Translations under genes and position numbers: made by a program | Notes under the pieces: model-generated | Database searches by the model: none | The model's input: only the letters and a program-made list of their open reading frames with translations | What the model was told of the DNA's origin: nothing | Origin: Raillietiella orientalis | Lineage: Eukaryota | Length of the DNA stretch: 44,438 nucleotides | Direction: 5' to 3' | Assembly (NCBI GenBank): GCA_036172245.1 | Contig: JAYWIR010000098.1 | Span: 186,001 to 230,438 of the forward strand | Shown: piece after piece, positions 13,560-22,740 of the stretch | How the letters are laid out: every line of letters begins with the position of its first letter | Numbering within the stretch: the stretch's first letter is position 1

Positions 13560-14205
13560 TTTTTACCCGGTCAAACAGAGACGTTTATTAAAAAACCTTA
13601 CAGAATTTGCGGTGCAAGGACCCGCTGCGGCCAATAAATCTAAGGAGCTGTCGCGTGGACGGTGCACATACCGACTTGACACTCCACGTCAAAGGATGGA
13701 CATTGAAGAAAAAAATATAAAGAAGAAAAAAGAAAAATTAAAAACACTAGTTATTTGGAGGCTCAAGAATGGATCACCCTCCGTTGTGGGGAGGCTGCAT
13801 CCTTTGCAGTATGCTGACGAGGTTTTAATAGAGATTTCTTAGTTGGGGCCGTCGGGATGCTATTCACAGAAAGCGAGCAGAATACTCCATGACGTTCTCT
13901 CCGTTAACATCCTCTGCTTCGTCGAATGCAGTACAAGCTGCCACAATGCCGGGTACGCAGCACAGAGATGCCATTACAACGGCTGGCTGCAGGTTGTCTC
14001 GCACGATGAGAAGCCGAAAAACGTCTCTGGGAAGGTTACCTTCCCGGATTCCTAAGGTAGAACCGAAGCGTCATCACAGGGGCCAAAGGGCATCACAGTC
14101 AACTAGAGGGTGCGGAAGGCTTTCCGCTCTCCACATCGGGCACAGTTGCGCTTCAAACCTGTGTCCTTCTAGGGAGCGGAGGTGGTTTGGCATTGCTCAG
14201 CGGTC
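13560..14205 (-). mobile_element. LINE 3' fragment (C-terminal finger, 3' UTR)
   Basis: Minus strand ESLPHPLVDCDALWP..SLCCVPGIVAA; T-rich UTR; AATAAA on minus at 13584-13589. Confidence 0.85.
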
Positions 14206-14208
14206 TAG

Positions 14209-16834
14209 TTAGTGCGAAGGTTTTCGGTGCTTTTGTCTGGTGTGTAGGAGCGCCGGTGCCCCACGAAACAAATGCCTGAGGACACCGCGATGGAAATCAG
14301 GGGAGGAGAGGTGACTTCCTCGCCACCACCCATGAAAGTGAGGGTGTCCGCCCACAAGGAATCCGGGGCACTTGCCAAATCGGAATCGGGGGCAACCGTC
14401 CCTTCGCGACCCTCTTCGGCAGCGACGAGGAGTTGGAGTGCCGTCGTTCCTGCAATTTCCCCGGCTGCAATAGCGAAGCAGACTGCCTACAAGGACAGCG
14501 GCTACAAACCGTCGCTGAACCACAAGGTAGGCAGCGTGTTCGACGAGAAAATTGCACGCTAATTTCAAATGGAGTTGAAAAGACTGAATGTGAGGAAGGA
14601 AGACATCGAGAGGCTCTCCGTCCTTAGTGGGGGGCACGACTTGAGCTGACTTGCACAGAGGCAAGTCTGGCACAGCGCCTGCTAAACAACCCCATTACGG
14701 TAATCGCCGCAGGATCTTCCCTGTGACAGAGGACCGGTCCGTCGTGGTCCACCTCACGGGCGTATCACTCCAAATGGACAAAACCAGCATATATAAGGAG
14801 TTGTCAAAACACAGCAGTGTGCACGCGTATTAAGCCAAATCCAATGTGGTCGGAGCGTACGAAAGGTTATTCAGTGAAATGGCCGCTGCCCGCGTCGCAA
14901 TACCGGAGAATAATGGGTTTCCCCACAAACTAAGTATCGGCGAAGAAAAAGTCGATGTTAGGTGCGTGGGAAAGCCCCAGTATTGTAGCCATTGCAATGC
15001 TACAGGGCACTTAAAAAAGCTGTGCCATAACATCCAATGCCGCTTATGTGGAAAAAAGGGCCACATCCGCAAGGTGTGCCCAAAAAGAGAAATCCCGGTC
15101 CCTTTCGCTGCCAAAAAGGCAAAGGGGAAACAATCGAGAGAGACAAATACCATGAAGCAGGCTGTAAGGAGCCAGATGCCAGTCCCTAAGCCATCCCAGC
15201 AAACGTCGGTTCAGAGCACTCCCGACGACGCTGGCGACGGCGAAGGCTGGCAGATGGTACAGCCCAGATGGAAGCCTGGGAGTTCCAAACGAGGCGCGGG
15301 GAAAACAAAAACGCAGCGCAAAAAACCGTGCCGCGAAAAATTCCGCTCTTCTTCTATAACATTAGAGCGTGTGGAGGCACTCGATGCCGCCACCGGGCGA
15401 GCAATTCCCCCCTTGCGTCCGCCGAAGCTGCGACGGTCGATGACGAACCCTCTGGAGAACCAGAGGGGGAACCAGGCGCCGCGCTCAACGCGATCGACGA
15501 GGCCGCATTCCAGCAGGCGGTGGAAGAACTCGAGGCAGAACTGCAAGGCCGTGAGAAGAAGTCGCGGATAGGCTTACCAAGACCGGCCGCGAAAAAGGCT
15601 CCGGATGCAGGAACTGCGTCCTCATCGAAGGCGCCACCAAAGATGACGGGACGCAAGTTCTAGAATCCCAGGAGGTCCGTACGGATCAAGAAAGAGGAGC
15701 ATGAAATGGCACCCGAGGGGGAAGACGGCAACGTGAGACGCGAGGGTGGGAATCTCTCATTCCCAGACACCGTGCAGCTGGCGACCCTCATAGAGGAGGA
15801 AGTACAGGTGGGTAAAACCCTTCTTCCTCTGCACGGCCCTAAAAAAGGCTCGGCCTCCATGAAGGAGGGAGAAGCGGTGCGCAACGCACCCCCTCCTCCT
15901 AGCGTCCCGCCCCAACAGGTGGCGGGAGCCCTATTGTTACTTTCCCAGGATTAACATCTGGACTCGCCTGTCGCCGTAGGAACCGCGTAGCCTGCTGGAA
16001 CGTCAACGGGCTGCGCGACGACGGAAACAGGCGGGATTCGGCCGACACCCTGCGCGACTCCGACCTGGCGCTCCTGCAGGAGATCCACGTGATCACCGCG
16101 GAGAACGCCCAGGAGATCGAAAGGATCGCAGACGGTTGTCTATTTTTGCAATGCGGCGCTCGCAACACCTGTGGCGTCACCTTTTTTATGAAGCCAGCAG
16201 TCGCCGCCTTCGTCAAGGACGTACGCTTCGACAACGACAGTCAGGATGGCCAGCTCATTCTTAGGTGATCCGACTCGATCGACCATGTCGTGACCAATGT
16301 GTACGCTTTGAGCTGGGGATGCGGGTACGGGGAACGTTTCCGGTTCCTCGAAACCCTGATGCGGGACTGGCTGGCGGATACAAACGTACGCAAAGTGCAT
16401 CTGATCGGTGGGGATTTCAACATCCGTCTGCTCTCAGGTGTGCCTTGCGGACAAAAAGACGCAGCCAACGAGCTGTGCACTGCTATGCGCACGCGCAACT
16501 TGTTGGGGGACCTACCGGAAATTGTCCAAAGCGTAGACCACATCTTGCTTGACGCCAACCTGTGCCCACGGGTCGGCAGACGAGGCAAACTTCCGTCGAC
16601 GCTATCGGACCATTTCCGGTTGATATTCGAGGTTATGGCTCGCGACAAAGGACCACCATCCAGAGCGTCGCGTGTCCCTCGGGGACAAGACGCGCATCTC
16701 GGGTGCGCCGGAACATCTCCGCCAAGTACTGGGAGGCGTCATTCTCCGGAATCTCTAATTCTAAGACCGCATGGTTTCGGTTCGCGAGTTCTGCGAGGAG
16801 TTTCCTGTGCACAGCCTGCCCCAGGGATTTGGTG
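14209..16834 (+). mobile_element. 5' half of a type-A LINE: 5' UTR, disrupted ORF1, APE, start of linker
   Basis: MPEDTAME start at 14272; knuckles CSHCNATGHLKKLC and CRLCGKKGHIRKVC; APE WNVNG, LIGGDFN, VDHI, LSDH; cut at LPQGFG. Confidence 0.9.
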
Positions 16835-18130
16835 TTGTCACCCGGGTACGCTTGGAGCGTTGATTTAAAAAAAACTCTCTACCTTCGTTGGTATGAGGTT
16901 CCACTACGGCCTTAGACACGCCACTTGTCAAGACACCAGGACGCAGCCCGACGTGGCACTCCCCGACAGCGGAAGGGAATGAAGGAAAAAACAAAAAAAA
17001 AAATAAAAGGGATAAACAAACAGAAAAAAAAAAAAAAAAATTTGGAGGGAAGGGAAGAGATCACCGGACGCTATGCAGAGGGCCCATCCGTCGAAGGAAG
17101 CCCTCTAGGTCTGTCCACATTCTTCCCAGATGTGGCCATCGGGCAGCTCTCCGCAAGAAGCGTACTGCGTGCTGGATGACTTCCCTCTCGTTCCAATCTA
17201 CATCTTCGCTGCTGGCATCGCTCCATGCCGCCACGATGCCTCGAACGCAGCACAGGACTGCGAGGGCTGCTGCTGGCCGCAGGGCGTCCCGCACGAAGAG
17301 GAGGCGGAAAACGTCTCTGTGTTCACTGCCCGTAGGGAGCCCGAGGGTCGTCCCGAACCGTTCCCAAAGGGGTCGGAGATCATCACAATACAATGTAAGA
17401 TAGAGGAGCGACTTCTCCTCCCCGCACCTTGCACACTCATGCCTTACACTTCCCCGCGTCCAGTGGAAGCGGCGCGCGTTGCAGGGTAGACCCCAGTGCA
17501 ACAGTAGCAGCGCCGTCTCTTGCCACTTTAGAGGAAGAAGCCTGGATCCGATGAGAAGTGGAGGCCACTTCAGGTCATCCTTCGAGATGCCGAGCAGCTC
17601 AACCCATCTCAGAAATCCACGCGGGGGAGCGCTAGGGGTCGTGGCGTCTGCCAGTTCTCCCATGGTCCAACCGCTCATCTTTTTTTCGTTTCCTGCGATT
17701 CGGCAGGAAACTTGTCACTTTGGCGTCCAGCCGCTGGTTAGCGCCTACCGTAGGAAGAAAGCGTCGAACCTAAAGGGGTGGTCTTCGCCTACGTGCTTCT
17801 TGCGGGACAATCCAGAGTGCTCCGTAGGGTGCAGCAGGCGTTGGGGCCGAATCGCAGGCGGTTTCAATTTTCGGTTCCTGGGTTGTTCAGGTTAGCCCAC
17901 GTCGCAACGGATTCCTCCAGCCAAGTGGGGGAGTTGGCGAAGCTGCATATAGTCCAGCCGTTTTCTCTCACTAGGGCTTCGATGCGTCCAAGGAGGAGGC
18001 CGCATCTCCTGAATTTCCTGCCGGGGCACAGAAGGAAAGTCGCGAGTCCTTGCGTCGTGCATACACGGCTGGCGAGGATGCGGGCTGGAGCGCACCAGAG
18101 CGTGTTCCATGTCTTGGATGAAGGAAGAGG
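16835..18130 (-). mobile_element. LINE 3' fragment (post-RT, C-terminal finger, 3' UTR)
   Basis: ORF 17061-17678: LPLKWQETALLLLHWGLPCNARR..CARCGEEK..LAVLCCVRGIV; A-tracts on + are the T-rich UTR. Confidence 0.9.
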
Positions 18131-18197
18131 ATTTTGGCAATGGTAAGGGAATCAGGCTGATGCTCTTTGTTTATGGGTTCTTTGGCTGTTGGGTTAA

Positions 18198-18320
18198 TTT
18201 CCAGGCTTGACGCTCGGCCCGGGCTTGATATTCGGTCAGGCGACGGACATTGGAGGTCCTCTCGTACCGTCGGGCCTGTAAATAGGCCGTATGGTTGCGA
18301 GCCCCCTCCTTAAATCCGTG
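18198..18320 (-). mobile_element. LINE ORF2 linker fragment, probably the same element as 16835-18130 after loss of the RT
   Basis: Minus translation GFKEGARNHTAYLQARRYERTSNVRRLTEYQARAERQAW. Confidence 0.75.
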
Positions 18321-20610
18321 GCGAGCGGACGTGTTTTTCCTTCGCTCCCCAGTGAGTCGACAGGAAGCGGGTGTTTTGTGGTGTTTTTTGTGTGGAACAT
18401 CTTTGTTTTCCGATATGAGCGATGCCTGAGGAAATCACGATGGAGGGGAGCCTTGCCTACCCCCACAGCCTACAGAAAAAGGGGCGTACGCCCCGGAATC
18501 GCCCTCGCCTCCCAAGGCGAGGAGCTGGAGCACCATCGTGACCGCGCCTAGCGAGCAGGCCATGGCCTAGATGGTGGCCTACCGGACAGCTGGGTACAAG
18601 CCCAGCTTAATGTACCAGGTAGGCAATCTCTTTGACGGGCGAACTGCACGCGCTTTTTCGAAGGCGCTGCAGAACGCCAACGTATTAGAGAAGGATATTG
18701 ACGGTCTATCCGTGCTCAGCGGGGATCAGCGCGTCGAGGATGTCTGTAAGCACATCACCTTTGCGCAAAGCTTTATCACTACCCCGCTGAATGTGGACAT
18801 GCGCAAGATCCTGCCAGTCATGATGGACCGCTCCGTAGGGGTCCATCTGACTGGTATCACCAGCCGCATGACGCGGTATGCGGTTGGTGATTAGCTGAAA
18901 AAATACGGCGAAGTACACGCGCTATGGCCAAAGGCCACAATCTTTGATGATTACGATAGCCTTTTCGGAGGGCAGGCCGCCGCGCGTGTGACAATTAAGA
19001 AGGATAGTGGGCTTCCCCACAAACTAGAGGTTAATGACGAAGTCTTAGAACTCTGGTAAGTTTGGCAACCCCGCTTTTGTGGCCACTGCAATGCAGTAGG
19101 ACACCTTCGTAAGAGGTGCCCGAACATTGTGTGCCACTAATGCGGGGAGAAGGGCAACGTGCGTCGCGTGTGCCCTAAACTCCGCACTCCGGTGCCGCCT
19201 GCCGCCAAGAAAGCGCAGGTAAAACGCGGAAAATTGATCGAAAGACGAAAAAGAGATACTGGCCGCCAGCAACCGCAAGCCCTTGTTCCTCTTACACAGG
19301 CGTCGCAAGAAAAACCTTCCGAAGACGCGGGATTCCAGGACGGCTGGAAGCTGGTTAAGGCCAGAAAGGAAAACAGGGTGCCCCCGCGGAACCCGCGAAG
19401 GCGGTAAAAAAGACCACCGGCAAGGTGAAAAAAACCTGGGATGCGCTCCAAGACTCTGCGTGAATGTACGGTGGCACTGGAACGCATAGCCGTTCCCGAG
19501 ACTGCCACCCGGGGCGACGAACCTCCCATCGCCGTTTCCGCCGTGCCCGAGGTTCGCGAACGCGAACCCTCTGTGCAAACAGGAGCAAACGGTCCAAGCC
19601 GAAGAAACTGCGTTCGCGCAGGCGGCGGAAGAGCTCGCGGACACGCTGGCAGAGAGTGAGAACCCCTCGCCCAAGGCCGTGCGAAGGCCGGCTCCGGCGA
19701 AGAAGGCCTCACAGGTGAGTTTGATCTGGGGGACGAAAGTACATCCTGCTCCTCGGAGGCACCCTTCAGGAAGTCGGAACGCTATTCCCAGAAACCCAGG
19801 AGGCGCCTCCCCTCCACAAGCGAGGAGGAGAAGCAGGAAGGTAGCGGGAGCGTGGGAATCCCGGAGGGGGAGCTCTCACCCTCGGAAGCCGTCGGGCCGG
19901 CATCCCCATGGAGGAGGGTAAGCAGGGGGACGAAGTCCTCCCTGCAGTTGCAGAGCCTGAACAGCACCTTCCATGGAGGAGGGATAACAGGTAGGCGCGA
20001 ATCCAACTGAGGGTGACCCGCTCGAGGCGCCGTTACCCATGGAGGGGGGGGAACAGGTGCAGTCAGCGCCTTACCCTCCTCCTCCACCTTTCGTCCAGCC
20101 CCAACAGGTGGCGGAAGGCGCATCGCCATCTTTCCAGGAGTAACACCTGGGCTCGCTACTCGCCATCGGATTCGCGCCGCCTGTTGGAACGTCAACCGGC
20201 TGCGCGACGACGGTAACAGGCGAGATACGGCCGACACCCTGCATGAGCTCGACCGGGCCCTGTTGCAGGAGATTCACGTGGTCACCGCGGCAGACGCCCA
20301 GGAGACCGAGACGATCGCGAGAAGTCGGTTGTATTGGAGATGTAGCCTCCTTAACACCTGCGGGGTCGCTTTCTTCGTGAAGCCAGCCACCGACGCTGCC
20401 GTGAAGGGCGTGCGCTTCGCTGACGGCGGTCGGGTCGGTCAGCTGATTCTCAGCTGGTCCCACTTCATCGAACTGATCGTCACGAATGTGTATGCACCCA
20501 GCGGAAAACAGGGATACAGCGACCGCACTAGGTTACTGGAATCACGGAAGTGCGACTGGCTGGCGGAGACGAACGTACCGAAGGCTCACCTGATAGCGGG
20601 AGATTTCAAT
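18321..20610 (+). mobile_element. 5' half of a type-A LINE (5' UTR, disrupted ORF1, APE up to GDFN)
   Basis: GAGCGGACGTG 5' motif; AYRTAGYKPSLMYQVGNLFDG; two knuckles at ~19078-19173 (one with a stop); APE ORF 20263 ends HLIAGDFN then switches to a type-B 5' end. Confidence 0.9.
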
Positions 20611-22475
20611 CGAGTGCGGACGTGTTTTTCTTCGCTCTCGTATCCGTGCTTTCATCCGCTTCATCTTGGCGTCGTACATTTTGACGACGATGTCGACCCA
20701 ACCCGAAGCTACTGAAGTTGGAGGAACAGCATCCGGATCTGCAATCGCGGAACCGACGGCCGCCTCCACTTCGTCTTTCTCGCCAATGGAGAGGAGTTTT
20801 GCTGACGTTGCTGCCACAGCAGCCGTCAAAGGGAAACCACTCGACGAGTCGGAGTTGCGGGCATACGTAGCCCAAGGCTATAGACCTGCTTTCCGATATA
20901 AGGTGAGTGGTTTTCTTTCTGCGCGCGACGGGAATACGTTCAAAAATGAACTGACCCGTGTTGGCGTGCGGGAGGAGGACCTCCTCGCTATTATGCCCGT
21001 AAAGGATATGGGCTATTCCAAGGTGCGTTGCAAAGACGCTGCACTTGTGCAACGCTTGCTGCGCACCCCTTTTTCGATCCGTGGCCAGAAGGTCTTCTCG
21101 GCCGCCATGGACGACTCATTTGTGGCGGAGATTTTCGACATCGAGTCGGAAATCTCGGATATTGATATTCGGAACGCGTTGGCGAAATTCGCCACGGTCC
21201 ATGCGCTGTGGAGGGTGCGTTGCCACCTCAAGGACTTCCCGTCCATACACATCGGAGTCGCAGGAGTCCGGCTTACAATGCCGAACCGCCGTCTGCTGCT
21301 CACCAATCTACAGGTGAAAGACACGGTCGTTAACCTGTGGTTCGTGGGCAAAGTAAAAACGTGCGAGCAATGCGGGAAGGAGGGGCATTGTTTGGATAAA
21401 TGCCCCTCTGGAAAATGCCGTTATTGCAAACTATCCGGGCACCAATTGAAAAATTGCCCGGTTCTTTTGCGAAAAAAGGCAGCCGCGGAGCTCATTCTTA
21501 AAAAACAAAGCGCGGATAAAAAGAAAAAATCTGCGAAAAACCTGCAGACCTCACGGCAGAAATTCCGAAAAAACTCGAGGCGGAAGGTCGCCCCAAAGCA
21601 GCAGGAAACCTCGCACGCGAAGCCCTGCGCGCCCTCTCTCGCGGCAGGGGAGCCGCAAAAGAAAGGGTGCGGGGAATCCGGGGCAATGGTAAGTCCCCCT
21701 AGGCGCAATAGCTGTCCTTCCCAAGCACGCCCGGCTCTTTCGGAGTTCGAGCACCCGGCGGGGACGTCAATGGACAACGGCGGTAAGGACACTTCCAGTA
21801 CCATCAGATCCATTCCTTTACCTCCTGCAGTGGCTGAGAAGCCCAAATCGGGTAAGAAGGGTTGTGCAGTGTCGACTTCGAAAGTCGGCAAAAAAAAATC
21901 CGCGTCGCGATCCAACACCGCGAAAGCGGAGAAAAATCTCACGCCGTCGCAGTCGGAGAAAAAGCTCTCGACCGGCGCGGATGCCGTGCCAACGAAGGGA
22001 TTAAAAGCCCTTCCGAAGGCAGCGTCCAGGACGAGCGTGTCGGACCCATTGAAAGTGCTCCGGTCCAAAGACGCGGATGGCTTCAAAGATGGCAATGGAG
22101 CACAATCTCCATTTACGGCGCCACGCGAAGTGAGGAACCGCAATGAACTAAAGAAGACTTCAGCGAAGGTCCCTCGTGCAACTGCGCGTGAGCACGCTGA
22201 AAACGCGCGCGCCGGGAAAGCAGCCGTCACCAAAAGCGATGCTCTGGTGACGGAAAACGACAACAGGACAGCTATCAATCCAGCAGAACCTGTCACTACT
22301 TCGCCGAAGGCCGAAACCCGATCGAACATGCGCCGGTCGAACTCCGAAATGGTTGTCGTTCCGATCACCGAGACGAGGACAACTCGTTCAAAAGCGTTTG
22401 CGCGCCAATCAAATGTAGGCAGCCAGGCAACGCCCGCCGTGAAGCAACGCGAAGTCTCCACGAAACCCGACGGGG
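20611..22475 (+). mobile_element. 5' portion of a type-B LINE (5' UTR plus ORF1)
   Basis: Starts CGAGTGCGGACGTG; near-identical to 43454-44438; cut at 22476 by an antisense 3' end. Confidence 0.88.
20616..20636 (+). promoter_or_regulatory. Conserved LINE 5'-terminal motif GCGGACGTG(T/C)TTTTC(C/T)T(T/G)CGCTC, DPE-like internal promoter candidate
   Basis: Also at 18325, 41078 and 43459; contains GGACGTG, matching the RGWCGTG downstream promoter element. Confidence 0.55.
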
Positions 22476-22519
22476 TTTTTCACCCAAGTAAGCCGGGGCT
22501 TTTATTACTAAAATTCTGA
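20690..22519 (+). CDS. Type-B LINE ORF1 protein with two CCHC zinc knuckles and a long K/S/A-rich tail; last ~14 codons come from the antisense neighbour
   Basis: Uninterrupted ORF (track 20666-22519; first ATG 20690) with CEQCGKEGHCLDKC and CRYCKLSGHQLKNC. Confidence 0.85.
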   Translation: MSTQPEATEVGGTASGSAIAEPTAASTSSFSPMERSFADVAATAAVKGKPLDESELRAYVAQGYRPAFRYKVSGFLSARDGNTFKNELTRVGVREEDLLAIMPVKDMGYSKVRCKDAALVQRLLRTPFSIRGQKVFSAAMDDSFVAEIFDIESEISDIDIRNALAKFATVHALWRVRCHLKDFPSIHIGVAGVRLTMPNRRLLLTNLQVKDTVVNLWFVGKVKTCEQCGKEGHCLDKCPSGKCRYCKLSGHQLKNCPVLLRKKAAAELILKKQSADKKKKSAKNLQTSRQKFRKNSRRKVAPKQQETSHAKPCAPSLAAGEPQKKGCGESGAMVSPPRRNSCPSQARPALSEFEHPAGTSMDNGGKDTSSTIRSIPLPPAVAEKPKSGKKGCAVSTSKVGKKKSASRSNTAKAEKNLTPSQSEKKLSTGADAVPTKGLKALPKAASRTSVSDPLKVLRSKDADGFKDGNGAQSPFTAPREVRNRNELKKTSAKVPRATAREHAENARAGKAAVTKSDALVTENDNRTAINPAEPVTTSPKAETRSNMRRSNSEMVVVPITETRTTRSKAFARQSNVGSQATPAVKQREVSTKPDGVFHPSKPGLLLLKF

Positions 22520-22740
22520 CATTACAGAACTTTGTAGTAAGGTCTTTGTTGTTAAAAAAGAAATTTCCTTTTTCGGACGTCAGACGTTCATTGAAGTTCA
22601 ATAGCACTTGTCTTTATCGACCCGGAGGCCGATAAAGTCCTTCACTGGCGCCGGGACGGGGAAATTAAACAGAAAACAAAACAAAAAAAGTAAAACGTCT
22701 GGAAAGCAATGATTTTGGGTAGCGGGAGCTAGGGAGGGGA

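Noticed and set aside
18198..21595. Simple recent segmental duplication with 40950-44438
   Set aside because: Identity changes abruptly at the A/B junction and type-A differences are largely synonymous, which does not fit a single recent duplication; kept only as an alternative explanation.
21421..22461. 346-aa minus-strand ORF and other long antisense ORFs (e.g. 25416-26351, 42347-43234, 1682-2323)
   Set aside because: Shadows of GC-rich LINE coding frames; no independent motifs.
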